Shown: piece by piece, positions 33,450 to 46,110 of the stretch
How the letters are laid out: each line of letters starts with the position of its first letter
Numbering within the stretch: position 1 is the first letter of the stretch
NCBI GenBank assembly: GCA_010909165.1
Contig: VJWM01000135.1
Coordinates: 1 to 64,000 of the forward strand
Direction of reading: 5' to 3'
DNA length: 64,000 bases
Origin: Anthoceros angustus
Lineage: Eukaryota > Plantae > Anthocerotophyta
Notes under the pieces: generated by a model
What the model was told of the DNA's origin: nothing
Databases searched by the model: none
What the model saw: only the letters and a program-made list of their open reading frames with translations
Made by a program: the position numbers and the translations under genes

Positions 33450-34332
33450 TCAATTCTCACTGCCTTCACTTTCCTCGGACAACATTTCCACATCGCCTTC
33501 CTGAGTTGATTTTTGATGCTGACCGATTGCGCAGTCCCGGTAGTAACCGTTAAACCGGTTCGACATCGTGCAATGCACAAGCAGCTCAAGAAAAGACAAC
33601 ACCTTACCTCGTCTGGCAATTTCTTGGAATCGACCTGCATGAAATTAACAGCCTGCTGACCGCTCTCACGGTCCTTGCCGATCCATTCACCCTCCGGCAC
33701 GTCTTGCTCGCTTCCCTGGGCAGGTCCGCGAGTGAGCATTGGCACACATGACCCGCCCATATCGCAAAATGGACGAAAACAAATGCGACAGAAAACCACA
33801 CCTACCAAAACTGGATCTTCTTCTTGGGCTTCCAGACCTTCTGCAGCACCTCCCTGCTCCTGCTTCTTGAGTCGCGCAGCAGCTTCTGCAGCCCGTCTAA
33901 TTGCCTCTTTTCTCCTCTCCATAACCACAAAGAGCTGCACTCAAGTGCACAACAGAAAAATCCAAAAGTCATGCCCACCCGCACAGTCGGCACTTGCAAC
34001 TGCAAAGAGAAGCGAGATTGTGCACCATACCGGCATGAATTTCACAGGACGAGCGGCTGCCTCCTCAGCAGTGTCCTCCCTTGTTCCTGATAGCCCATAG
34101 TCCCGCTTCAGGTACCACGCACCAAATTGCCAAACCCTAATTCAGACGCGTATCAACAACTACCTTGAGGCGTCCATCTGTACAGTTGCAAGCGGGAGGA
34201 CGTGAGAGGCACGGTGGTAGCTGGAAGAGGCGACCAGGATTTCCGCCAGCGTCGCACCGGACCATTGAAGACCGCAGCCGGCCCATGCCTTGTTGACGAC
34301 CTGCTTCCCATCCTAGTTCCTCCTCCATCCAT
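33450..34332 (-). CDS. BCL7-domain homolog (plant BDH1/BDH2-like SWI/SNF subunit), ~5 exons
   Basis: Spliced product MDGGGTRMGSRSSTRHGPAAVFNGPVRRWRKSW..LQLYRWTPQ|GTREDTAEEAAARPVKFMP|LFVVMERRKEA..|GSEQDV..|EGDVEMLSEESEGSEN* resembles the N-terminus recalled for Arabidopsis At4g22320/At5g55210 (GRSSTRYGPATVFTGPVRKWKKKW). Confidence 0.8.
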
Positions 34333-34693
34333 GGTGAACAACGGCCTCCCGCCACTACCCGATGCTTCACAGGCAGGACTGCAGCCAGTCAGCTTCTGCA
34401 AGGAGCACACTAAAGGACTCCATGTCACAATTCGAAAAAAAGCAAGCGTCTCAAACAGCGCAAGCTCTTGAACCGATTCCATCGTCTGCGACGTACCAAG
34501 AGGTTGCCTATCACTGGGTTGCCAAACTTGAAATCTGGCCAGCTAGTAGCACAAACTCTCAGCTCGATCAATCCGCGAATAAGCCCAGCCTTCACCGCGC
34601 CGTTCAGCCTAGTCTCGCGACGGCCAAAAAAATTAAAGGCACTTAAAACGTCGAAACAGGGAATGTTTTGGATGCGCCATCACCGTCCGACGG

Positions 34694-35113
34694 TCAGGAG
34701 CCGGATTGGACGCACAGAAAGACTCCGGCCGTGGTGAGCGCGATCCCGAGGCCCGTGTAGAAGGTGTCCACCGGCTCGCCGAGCCCGGCGCCCGTGACGG
34801 CGGTCACCACGAAGGTGATGGCGTTGGTGACCGGCACCGCCAAGCTGAGCGGCGCATCCTTGAGCTTGAGGAAGAAGAAGGAGGAGACGGAGATGTTGAT
34901 CGCGAACGGCAGCGAGTACTCCCACACCAGCAGCAACGTGAGCCAATCGTGCAGCAACGGCAGGCGCTTCCGCAGCCCCGCCCGCGCTCGGCTGAAGCGG
35001 GCCTTTCTCTGCTCCCGACGCTGCGCCTGGGCCGCCGCCGCGCCCTGCTTCATCAACGCATTTGTGATTCCCCACACGCTGCCTATCAGCACCTGCCACA
35101 GCACCACTGTCAT
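34694..35113 (-). CDS. TMEM234: TMEM234-like small membrane protein, single exon
   Basis: LIGSVWGITNALMKQG, YSLPFAINISVSSFFF and LSLAVPVTNAITFVVTAVTG..LGE motifs; start taken at the Met at 35113. Confidence 0.85.
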   Translation of the reverse strand: MTVVLWQVLIGSVWGITNALMKQGAAAAQAQRREQRKARFSRARAGLRKRLPLLHDWLTLLLVWEYSLPFAINISVSSFFFLKLKDAPLSLAVPVTNAITFVVTAVTGAGLGEPVDTFYTGLGIALTTAGVFLCVQSGS

Positions 35114-35397
35114 GCTTGCTTGCTTGGCCGATCGCGCTCTCCTTCGCGATTCGCGACTCCCTGTGCCCTCGCCTCTGATGCTGCTACGTTGTGCCGAAGT
35201 TAGGTGTTCCTTTATTTTTAGAAGGTCGGACATTGGATCTTAACTTGTTAGCATGTTAAAGTTGTTAATTTGTTGACTTGCTGAACCTGGTGCTTGACAC
35301 ACAGTTTTAGAGGTACCTTATCTGTCACAGTAGCTGTCCAGTGTCCAGTTCAAGCTTGGTGCGATGGCGGATTGGAGACGCTGGTGAGTGTGGCTGA

Positions 35398-37055
35398 ATG
35401 ATGGGGGGCAGCATTGTGCGGGCCATTCTGTCTTCTCAGCCTGGCGTGTTCCCGCATCGGTCTCCTGCCGCCCCCTGCCTCAAGGCCATTCCGACGGTGC
35501 TGGTGCCCTGTTTGCCGGGCAGCAGACGCGGGAACCACAGGAAGCGGTGCTTGCCTCAGGGTGTAGGGAGGAGGAGCCTCGGTGCGGCCGGGGGGGAAGG
35601 GTCCGCCTTGGGGCAGTGTGATGGCCGGCTGCTGCAACCCGGGGAATTGGCGAAGCCGTTGGATTGCCGGGTGAGAGTGAATCACAGTGTCAGGACGGAG
35701 TGCAGGAAAAGGGGTATGGCGACCAGGGCGGGGGGAGATGTGCCTCCGGCGGCCACCTCCGTGGTGTCCTCTCCCGTAGCAGCCAAAATCAAGGTGTATG
35801 CAGGCCTGTTGCTATAACGTGTTGTGTACTGTGTGATTTGCGTGGACGACGGGAATTCGCGTAGTTTCGGAACTCTGGTTTGGGAGGGATGCTCAGTGTC
35901 GCATCTTATTGTTTGCTGGCGCAGTGTGTGGTTCCGAAATTGAGCTTCTGCCCTACGTGCGGGGGACCGATCGAGCAGCAAATTCCGGAGGGAGAGCATG
36001 AACTCCGTGATGTTTGCACAATTTGTGGCGCTGTCCACTATCAGAACCCTAAAATGGTGACAGCAGCAGCCGAGTGGAGCCTTTTGAACTCTGGATGCTT
36101 GTGGATGTTGTTGAATTCGTGCTCATGCAGGTTGAGATGTGAGTGTCTCTCTGTATCATTGGCAGGTTGTCGGGTGTTTAGTGGAACATGAGGATAAAGT
36201 TTTATTGTGCAGAAGAGCCATCAAACCATCGTATGGCCTCTGGTAATTGTAGTCTACCTCCTGCTGGATGGCGAACGTGGTTGTTTAGTTGTAGAATGGG
36301 CTGAATTCTTGCATCGTTTCCTGTGTGGTGCTTCGTACTAAATCGGTGGCACTGTGTTTTTCTATCCTTTTGGTTTTGACAGGACTTTCCCATCCGGCTT
36401 CATGGAGCTTGGTGAGTCGGCAGCGGAGGGAGCAGCCAGAGAAACATGGGAGGAGGCACAGGCACAAGTGGAAGTTCTCTCTCTTTTTGCTCATTTGGAC
36501 ATTCCGCTTCTGGGTCAGGTGTGGAAGGCCTAGATTTCTTTCTCTGCAATTTTGCGCTTCAAATTTCGTATTTCTTTTGTTTTGCATCCTGACTGGTTGA
36601 CAAAGTGTTATCTTCAGTGCAGAGCTGCATAATTTTTCGGGCGAAACTGAAGCAACCTGACTTCTCGCCCGGTCCGGAGTCACTTGAATGTGCCCTGTTT
36701 GGTTTGAACGACATTCCATTCGAAGACTTGGCTTTTTCCTCGATACATGTTGTCTTGAAACTGGTAAGTGTCACTCGCAGAAGTTTGTGAGTGCTTTGTG
36801 TATGTTTTTACATCCGCTGTCTACACACGACTGTTTGGCAGTACAAGGACGACATCGCCGCTGGCAGCTTCCATGTGCATCACGGCGTCATCGACAAAAG
36901 GTAAAAGTTCTCCGCTCGACCCTGGTCACACACTAGATCTATGTGTGAATGCAGCTCCGTGTATATACTCATGTGCATCCATGTTGACTTGTAGACCTGG
37001 AGCCGACCCATCCGATCCCGTAGGATACGCTGTGCGTGACCACCTCGTCATGTAA
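35398..37055 (+). CDS. NUDT23: Nudix hydrolase 23-like (ADP-ribose/FAD pyrophosphatase) with transit peptide, multi-exon
   Basis: [24 protein letters not shown] zinc ribbon, [25 protein letters not shown], Nudix box [29 protein letters not shown] and end AVRDHLVM*. Confidence 0.9.
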
Positions 37056-37394
37056 CTTGGCAAACTGGGAACCTGGGTGGGCTACAACAAGCGTGACAGC
37101 TTCACTCCCTGCGAACTCGGTGATAAGTCACAGCTTTGCTGCCTCTCCAAACTAGTTTTGTTCAATCTAAGTTAATATTGCAATGTTGGGGGAGGCATAC
37201 GAGAATGTAAACAGGCCCCTAATTATTACTAGATATACTCTAATGGGAGGAAAATTGCTGGTGCGAAACACACCCTGAAGCTACTCCCGCCAGGGCACAG
37301 TAATCTGGCACCTCCGCTACCACGAGGACGGCAAGGCACACTCCGATTCCCTTGACAGATTACCTATGCCAGATGGTGCCCACATTGTGCAGCC

Positions 37395-38602
37395 TCACTT
37401 CTGCACGAAGTTTTCCACATTGTGCAACCAGCGAGTGTACTCACGTTGCTCTTTGTCGGGAAGAAGCTGCATAAGGTAGTTTGTCAAGGGCTGGTCTACA
37501 CCTCTGGTGGCAAGGTAGTCTTCGAACCTGTTTCTCAGCTCATCATCCAGATTGCTGCATTCACAAACCGCACAATGCTCAGCAAGTTTCCGTGACACAG
37601 GAGAGAGATCGATCACATGGAAAAGGGAAAAAAACTTACTCATACTCCGGTCCATCATATGCTGATGCATCCTTTGCATCCTTGTGTTCCAAAAGCGCGA
37701 CATGATCAATAGTATAAGTCTTGTCGAACACAGAACAGCTGAACTCCAGTGTCGGCTGATCTCCTCCTTTGCTCACAGTCACAGTGAGATGGGCAACGTC
37801 CTGGGACACACTGTTGTCCTCATCAGCTTCATCCTCATCTTCATCATCATTTTGGTCCGGTCCCTCTGCATTGGACTGGTAAACGGCAGTCACGGCAATG
37901 TCCTCTGAACCAAACGATCTTCTGAGAATGATCTCTTGCTTGCCCGGAGTATCAGTCAGCTTCCAAGGCTTGGGCGGACCCTTGGCCGCCAACTGCAAGA
38001 AGCAGGCGCACAACATGTCAATCTACCTCTCCATAAACCTACCTAAGTCATCACCAAAAAGAAAACACTGCAACACACAAAATCAAACTCATCCGCACAC
38101 CAAGTACCGAGGAAAGGTTACAAGGCCAGCTCCAAGCAATGTAAGACCCACCGGAAGTGCTTGCTTCCAACCCTAAACATTAAAACTGCATAAACCCTAG
38201 AAAAACCCTGATCCTTCAGCTCAGCTCAGCGAACAGATCTCTCGCCAAAGCGAGGATTTCATGCCCTGGGACACACCGATTCTTCACAAACACCCCGCAA
38301 AACCGATTACTACGAACAAAGCATGCAATGGTGAACAGTACACCAACCGGAGGCTGCCTGTATTCGCTCTTCTCGTGCTTAATCTCAGAACGCAGAGCGC
38401 GGCACAGGGCAAGGTCCGGGCCAGTTACAGCTTCCGCCGGATTACTCATGAACCGGACCATGCTTGGGGCGACCCAGCCCTGGACCTCCTCCGCTCCAGC
38501 AATGGGCGCAGCCGGGCTCTGGCCATGACCGCCAAGCGACTGCAGCAACCTCTTGGCTCCACGCTGCAGCGGCCGACCCGCTCTACGCACCAAGTGAGCC
38601 AT
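37395..38602 (-). CDS. Mitochondrial acidic glycoprotein (MAM33/C1QBP family), 3 exons
   Basis: Presequence-like N-terminus, LRSEIKHE, YDGPEY|NLDDEL..FEDYLATRGVD and KEQREYTRWLHNVENFVQK*. Confidence 0.9.
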
Positions 38603-38865
38603 GCGAGTGCTGCCCTATCCTGCCGACTGCACCACAAGCAAACCAAGCAAACCAGACTCTGTTGCTCTCTGCTGAGCAAAGAAAACACTCGCAGGTGAAA
38701 TGATGCCTAGTTCATATTATAAAATAACCGAAGAGGCAGCCTCCTGTTCACTGAATTCATTGTTTTTGTTCGCATCGCTAACGTGTCGCTCAGGTTGTAA
38801 ATCTTGTTCTGGTACAGGCCCGGTTGGCTTGAGTAGGGCCTCCTGCCCTGGGATCTGGCCATGCC

Positions 38866-41076
38866 ATGGCGATGGCGAGGCGCCAATCGGCGACATGGCC
38901 GCGGCCGGAGGCAGAGCCCGAGCCGGAGCAGGAGCACGAGGGGGAAAATGCCCGGCAGGAGGCGAGGCGGAGTAGTCGCGCTCGTCTGTACATGATCGCC
39001 CTCGCACTGCAGTATGGGGCTCAGCCGCTCCTATCCAAGCGTTGCACAGGGTACGCGTTCTTTGTGGTTGGAAAGCGTGGAATGCTTCCTGTTTTGGTGG
39101 AGAATTCTGCTTGAGCTGATTTGGTGGAAAGAAACTGCGTGTGTTTCTGCATTGATCCTACTCCGTCACAGGTACATTGAACGTGCCATCCCATCACCTA
39201 GTTACTTGACACTAAAGGAAGCATGGGAAGATGGAAAATTCAAGCATCTCGGCAGTTCTGAGATCAACAGCCATTCAAACCTTTGAAATGTAGGAGCTCC
39301 TCTGAACCACTCTGCAGAGGGAGCTACCCTTCCCTAACACCCTCAGTCATCTTTCCTTTCTCGGCCATGGGAAGGTTGCCCGTAGCTTCTTGCTAATTTT
39401 CCAGTTCCCCTTACTAGCTGCTACCAGACCCACAGTTTTGAGGTACTCTGGTGGCTGGAGATAAGCTTATAATCCTGTCGCTGAGTTGGTTATCTTGAGT
39501 GTGCTTTGGTTGCTCAGCTGTATTTCCTGGGGTTGAGGGATGTTTCTTTTGGATTTCTTTGAGGAAACTGGTTTTGTTGACAATCAGGAAAGGAGTGATA
39601 ATGACCTCAACCGTCCTTTCGTGTGAAATTGTAAAGGTAAGAGCTTTTCAATTTGAAGTCAGTATGGTGTGAAACCCAACGGATCTAACTGATTAGCCTT
39701 TTTGATGTGTGGAGCTAACCTTGGTTGATACGCTCTGTCCAGCGTATCGGCACATTATTCATCCTTGCATTGTGCTAAGCGATGGTGCTGGTTGGCAGGT
39801 TTTATGTGCAGTGCTGCTGCTGAAGTGGGGAGGTAGCTTGAGATTATGTTTCAAGCACTGGAGTTTACGTGATGCCTTGCAATCTGCAGCTCTCCCAGCA
39901 CTGCTGTACGCAGTTCAAAACACACTTTTGCAGCTGTCTTATTCCCACCTCGATGCGCTCACGTTTTCATTGTTGAATCAAACCAAGCTGGTTTTTACGG
40001 CCTTATTTATGTTTTTGTTTCTTGGGTAAGTTCATCACCTTGGATTTTGTTTCAAAGCTCCAATTCGCAGTGAGTTTTAAGTTGTTGTCAGACAATGCTT
40101 GATACGGGACATGCAGCGCATGCTTGATTTCATACACAGTCAACAAAGTCTGTCTTGGTCCCGTGGTTTGCATTTACGGTTTCTTGTTTCTGTGTCCAGG
40201 TTCAAGCAGTCAGCTCAACAGGTTTTTGCGTTGGTCCTGCTGTTATGTGCTGCTGCTATTCTGAGCGTTGGCCAGAGTACTCCCAAAGCTTCTCCAGAAG
40301 CCAATCCGGAACGAGTTATATTCCTTGGTGTTATTCCTCTTCTGGCTGCATCTGTGCTATCAGGACTGGCTTCCACTCTGTGCCAATGGGCAGCTCAAGT
40401 AAGATGTCAGTACAAGATAGCGATCCTTATGCACATGGGCTGGTACATTTGATGCTCGACTTCTTTCGTAAGAGTAACTCCTCTACTTGCGTGCTCCATA
40501 CAGGTGAAGAGGAAAGATACTTATCTGATGACGATCGAGATGTCCACTTTTGGGAGCATTGGGCTTGTTCTTAGCACGCTCAGGTCTCCCGATGGCCGTG
40601 CTATTCGTAAGCGTGGGTTCTTCGCCGGGTGGACGCGGTACACTCTTGTAAGAAAACTCAACCTCTCAAACATTTTGGGGCAGCATTGCTATCCTAGACA
40701 TCCATTTTTGTTTGGTACTTATTTGAACCCTTTGTCTGCAGATGCCAATTTTCACTAATGCCATTGGCGGCATTTTGGTCGGTCTAGTGACGACCCATTC
40801 CGGTGGCGTGAAGAAGGTGTGTGTTTTACCCTGGTTGGGTAATGGGCTTGCGTCTAAAAATGAGCTTCTGCAGTCAGCAGCATAGTTCCTTGCTGACTTT
40901 GTTGCTGTGCGGTGCAGGGCTTTGTCATCGTCTCTGCGCTGCTGGTGACAGCACTCCTGCAGTACCTGTTCGATGGCATCGCACCGTCACCATATGTTAC
41001 TATTGCACTGCCCCTAGTAGTGGTCAGCACGGTGATCCATCAGAGATACCCACATAAGAACCCGAAAAACGATTAA
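38866..41076 (+). CDS. ROCK1: Nucleotide-sugar transporter (ROCK1 / CMP-sialic acid transporter 5-like), multi-exon
   Basis: LALQYGAQPLLSKR, ALPALLYAVQNTLLQLSY, FSLLNQTKLVFTA, SVLSGLASTLCQWAAQ, GGILVGLVTTHSGGVKK and last exon GFVIVSALLVTALLQYLFDG..PHKNPKND* (TAA 41074-41076). Confidence 0.88.
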
Positions 41077-41882
41077 CTCGGAGATTGTTCAGCCTTACGC
41101 AATTTACCTAGGTTTCGTGAGTTGTACCTGTCGGTCGCCAATCACGCTAAACATATCGACAGAGCGAGTCGCAGCGCTCGCCAGGCTCGGAAGACAGAGG
41201 ACGGAAATCTCGAGCCAAACGTACATCGAAGGAAGAACGCACAGAGACGGGAGGGAAGGTTTCCGAATTCTAACCACAAGATATCGAGAAACACTTTGCA
41301 AGCAGTACATTCCTACATAGACGAGAGAGTTGTCCTTGAAGGGAACGGAGAACGGTCCTTGAAAAGCTGTCTGCCAAGGCCAGACAGGATGCGCTATCGA
41401 AGGTGATAGCTTCACCTTTTTGTAGCAGCTGCAGCAGTGCCCGGAGTCGTGAGCTGCATTTCCGGTGTGAATCTAATCAAGTTAGCAGTTAGTCGTTGTC
41501 ATCTACGAGCGCAGGCAACTTCTGAAGGGTCCCCCGCACTTTCCCATGCATGTGTGCCCTTCGTATGTCCAGTCGGCTTGCTTGAGCAAGTGGCAGGGCA
41601 CACTGATTGAAACAGTATGCTGTGCTTTTGGTACTCCTTGCTGTCTTACTCACCCTTTTTCCCCTGAGCGCTGGAATCGGGCTTGTGGCAGCTGCCTCCA
41701 GGTCCCAAACACCGCCGGGACGATCCTCCCCGACTCTCACCTGCTTGAATAAATAGGCAGCTGCATTCTGTGGACATCCGCACTCTCAACGTCGCTCGCA
41801 GCTTGCATGCCAAGTCTTGTGTCAACGTTAGCTTCAAGCGGAGCAGCGAGGCGTAGTTCAAGGTAGTCTGATTTCAACAATC

Positions 41883-43340
41883 ATGGTGGTTCAAGCAGCT
41901 TCTCCCTTCAGGGAGGTGAGCGATGCAGAGAGGAGAAAGGCAGATCGGGCAGAAGGCCCTGCCACCGTCCTTGGAATCGGGACAGCGCTGCCCCCGAACG
42001 TGTACAAGCAAAGCGAGTACCCCGATTTCTTCTTCGCCGTCACCAACTGCGACCACAAGGTGGAGCTGAAAGAGAAGTTCCGCCGCATCTGTGAGTGCTG
42101 CTCCACAACCGATTCCGGATCCACCAGCTTCCTCCCAGTCATGCACGCACCGATCTCCTTGCATTGCGCAGGCCAGAAATCGGCGATCCAGAGACGCTAC
42201 ATGTACCTGGACAAGGAGCTCCTGGAAGCCAACCCCGGCATGGCAACGTACATGGAGCCGTCGCTGAATTCGCGACAGGAGATCGCCATCCGGGAGATCC
42301 CTAAGCTCGGCGCGCAGGCCTCGCTGAAGGCGATCCAGGAGTGGGGGCGGTCTAAGTCGGAGATCACGCACGTCGTGATGGGAACGACGAGCGGCGTGTG
42401 CATGCCCGGCGCGGAGGTGTCTCTCATCAAGCTCCTGGGCCTCAACCCCAGCACGCGCCGGATAATGATGTACCAGCAGGTATGCTCGCCCCACTACCGC
42501 AGCACCGCCATCATGAGGAAGTGAGGGAATGCGGGAGGCGTGTCGGGTGATGATGGCCTTCACGCCTCACTGACAGCGACGTGGAACAGGGCTGCTTCGC
42601 GGGCGCGACGGTGACGAGGGTGGCCAAGGACCTGGCGGAGAACAACGCCGGCGCGCGCGTGCTGGCCGTGACGAGCGAGCTCACCGTCGTCACGTTCCGC
42701 GCGCCGAGCGAGGAGCACTTGGACGGGCTGGTGGGATCGGCACTGTTCGGGGACGGGGCGGCCGCGCTCATCGTCGGGGCCGACCCGCTGCTGGGAATCG
42801 AGCGGCCCATCTTCGAGCTGCACTGGGCGGGAGACGCTGCTCCCCGACAGCGAGGGCGCCATCGAGGGGCGTTTGATGGAGGCCGGGCTCGTGTTCCACC
42901 TCATGCGCGATGTCCCGACGCTCATCGCCAAGAACATCGAGAAGGTGCTGAGCGGGGCGGTCACCAAGGCCGGGCTGAACCACCGGAACAACAGCAACGT
43001 GATCGCGTACGCCAGCGCCGGCCCCGGCCCGGGCGCGCCCGAGGCCATCTCCTGGGACGACATGTTCTGGGTGGTGCATCCCGGAGGCCCCGCCATTTTG
43101 GACCAGGTGGAGAAGAAGCTCAAGCTGTCGAGTGAGAAGCTGGCCACCACCAGGCAGGTTCTGGCTGATTACGGCAACATGTCCAGCTGCTCCGTCTTGT
43201 TTGCCCTCGACCACATCCGGCACAGGAGCAAGGAGCTGGGAGCCAACACCACCGGCGAGGGATTCAAATGGGGCTTCCTCATCGCCTTCGGGCCTGGCCT
43301 CACTTTCGAGGCCACACTGCTCAAGAGCTGCCCTATCTAA
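41883..43340 (+). CDS. Type III polyketide synthase 1 (chalcone/stilbenecarboxylate synthase-like); exons 41883-42090, 42172-42479, 42590-43340; apparent 2-bp frameshift at ~42832
   Basis: Catalytic Cys (MYQQ|GCFAG), His (WVVHPGG) and Asn (YGNMSS), plus ALFGDGA and AFGPG. Intron 1 splits the conserved Cys codon as in CHS genes. The frame is restored if GA is added at GGAGACG. Confidence 0.92.
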
Positions 43341-43909
43341 GTCCACATTATCAGTCAACCATTGTGTATATCCATCTTTTGTGCCACTATAAATTAAACC
43401 TTGCAGACCAGTTGCCATCGTGCCTTTGGAAAAGCCTCCAAAGCTTCCAAAAGGAGCCTTCTAGAGGCGCTGTTTGGGAGGTCAGGAAGCGGATCGCCCC
43501 ACAGAAGTAGTGTCACAAGTCGATCAAGTTTTTCACGGCATTTCTCCTACTTCTATGCTTATCAAAGCCTCATGTTTGTGTGGTGATTCTCCATATGTGT
43601 CAACCTGGGGCCTTCTTGGCATCTCGCTCGTGTCTTCAGGTCAGAGCCTAACCTGACTTTGCTCACAGCGCTACCTTGAGGACTATGCAGCCAATTCCTC
43701 CGTGCCAGCAAGAGCATGTGCGTACCCGCCTCACTCCTCATTGAGTTTTGCAACCATTCCTTGGGAGCCTTGGCTTTGCACAAGCCTCAGAATCTTTGGC
43801 TCCTGCACAAACTATATAGTACTTGCAGATTTTCCAATTCCTGCCTGGGGTGCACACCCACAATTTGTAGGGTTTTCTGGCAAGTCATCAACCCTTCGCC
43901 TCCCAGATC

Positions 43910-44540
43910 TGTTGGGGCGCGTGAGCGGGAACTGCAACAACAACAAGACGGGAACTGCAAGACGGGTTACGGACCCTCTGAGCTGAGGCCTATTTGACTA
44001 GCTTGTAGGGCTCTGGAGCCTCTTTGGCTAGCTCGTAGGGCTCGCCATGCGGGAGTGAAAACTTCGTATATTCGGTCGCAATTAGGGACGTTTTGTTCCC
44101 GATCCCCGGTGCCTCCTCGGCCTTGACACCTCCGGGCAGATAGATCTTGCAAGTTACATCAGGAAAAGAGTTGAGGCTTTACAGAGAGGGAACACAACAC
44201 TCCCATACAATATGGGTTATATGCACTAGATGCTAGCACACAAGCACACAAGAACATTTGCACACACCACACCCCACAAGTAGGTAGGCTTGGTCTTATA
44301 TAGTCCTAGCCTTGGATCCTACCGGTTACTTGACCTTGAATCCTATTAGTTACTTGACCTTGAGTCCTATTGGTCACTTGACCTTGAATCCTTCTAGTCA
44401 CTTGACTTGCCCTTTACTTTTGGACTTTCTAGAAGATGCATGACTTTCAAGTTTGTTATTTTTAGGGCACTCTTCATAACATGCTTTTAGGGCACTCTTC
44501 ATAACATATTTTGATATGTTGTACTAAATCACTTCTAACA
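43910..44540. mobile_element. Possible solo LTR (TGTTGG...CTAACA) with internal 23-bp and 22-bp tandem repeats
   Basis: TG..CA ends, TTATATAG at ~44297, repeats of GT(T/C)ACTTGACCTTGA at 44325-44410 and TTTAGGGCACTCTTCATAACAT x2. No matching TSD found. Confidence 0.45.
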
Positions 44541-45929
44541 TGTTGTCCTCTCTCTTGCAATTTTTTCTGTCCTCACTTCTAAGCAGGCGTGGACTGGAAA
44601 TAAGCATGCTAGTTCCAATGTGAATCCTAAGTGGAGATCATTCTTTTCCCTTCATGCAATCCCCGGGTATGCAAACTGTGGTGTGGGGGTTCTTTTTGTG
44701 CTTTACCCAATGGGGCGGTCCACACTTTCCATGACCGTGAAGGACACTCCTTGTTCAATTTGCGTTCGACTATGTTGTGGAATTAAGGGCGCATTTCCGC
44801 AGGCTTTCCAGGCACTTCCACAATGATGCCCGTTTAGCGTTCCGCCTTCCCCTTCCCTGAATCGTCTCTGGTTGGCTCGGGTCTGCTCAGCCCTCAATTC
44901 TTCCTCCACATATCATTCACCTCCAAATCCAGAGACAATGAATCCCTTTGAGATATAGATGCTACATCCTCAAGTATCCTTGCAACCAAAAACTCATAAA
45001 CTCCTTGATGAAATAAATAAATTTGTTACATGCCGTAGATCTTGAATTAATTTATTTATTTTTACAAGCACCTCCACGATGATGCTCGTCTACCGTTTTG
45101 CCTCCCTCTTGATCGTCTTGCGTCATACTCCCAGGACAAGTTGGCTTGGTGTCTTCTTCTACTTCTTTCCCGATGGTGTTTGTGATGTACTAAGGGTGGG
45201 GCTTCTGGTCATCGGGTGGTCGCAAATAACAATGACTAGGGAAAAGGGGCTTATTCTTGGCTTTTGAGCTTTTCCGCAAAACTTCAAAATTTTCCTACAA
45301 AAATTGCTTAAAAATAGGTCATGTCATAAACAGACGCCTCTGTGCCAAGATTTTTGAACATGAAAAACCCTCGTTTAGCATAGGCTCGGCACAAAAAAAT
45401 GCATAGTCAAGATTTTTCGGTCTACGAAGATGATAGCGACTAAGCTAGTTTGGCTTCACCCACATGCGGGATGTTATGAATCTAAGATAGGTTCTAATGA
45501 GAGTTAGACGACACAGACATGTCCCTCACTATTTGGAAATATCGAACTTAGGAAATGCGGAAATGCTGCCAAGTAGTCTTCAAAACGATCACTGCATAAA
45601 CTGAACTCGTACAACTGTAGGGTGAAGATATACTGGCGCCCTAAGAGTTTGAAAAACGATCGTAGGTGGTTTTGCCCCTCCCATCAATGCTATTCAATGC
45701 AACGTGATGGAGTGTGCGGCACATCATTCACTAGAAATCCTTATCTTTGCAAGCCCCCCTCCATCTCCCGGAAGAAATACAATCTGATTGAAATCTACAA
45801 TGCTATTTAACCTCAGAATGCCCAACCCACTCAAATTGAGCCTTTCGATCCATGTTCTTTAACATTGTGTACAATTTTTATGATGATAATAATTTATGTT
45901 AAGGCTGTCCTTTGTAGCAAATTATGCCC

Positions 45930-46110
45930 TCTATATTACAAAAAATAATTGAAAACTTTTGATCAATATATCCGGTTGAAAGGTGAAAGGATCTTTTTAA
46001 AAACTCACAAACTCCTCAAGAAATAGGAGCCATTATTGCTTGGGCACTCATCCAATGGTTCTAGCTTTTAGGGTGTTGAAGAGGCCATTTCTTGGACTAT
46101 GAGCTCCAAT
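45930..46110. repeat. Dispersed repeat homologous to 18870-19050
   Basis: ATTACAAAAAATAATT.AAAACTTTT..ATATATC.GGTTGAAA..AAAAACT.ACAAAC..GCCATTA is shared by both loci. Confidence 0.75.

Noticed and set aside
28900-41076. Including RAD16, NUDT23, MAM33 and the ROCK1-like transporter in the PKS cluster
   Set aside because: These are broadly conserved housekeeping genes with no pathway link to polyketides; proximity is explained by genome compactness.
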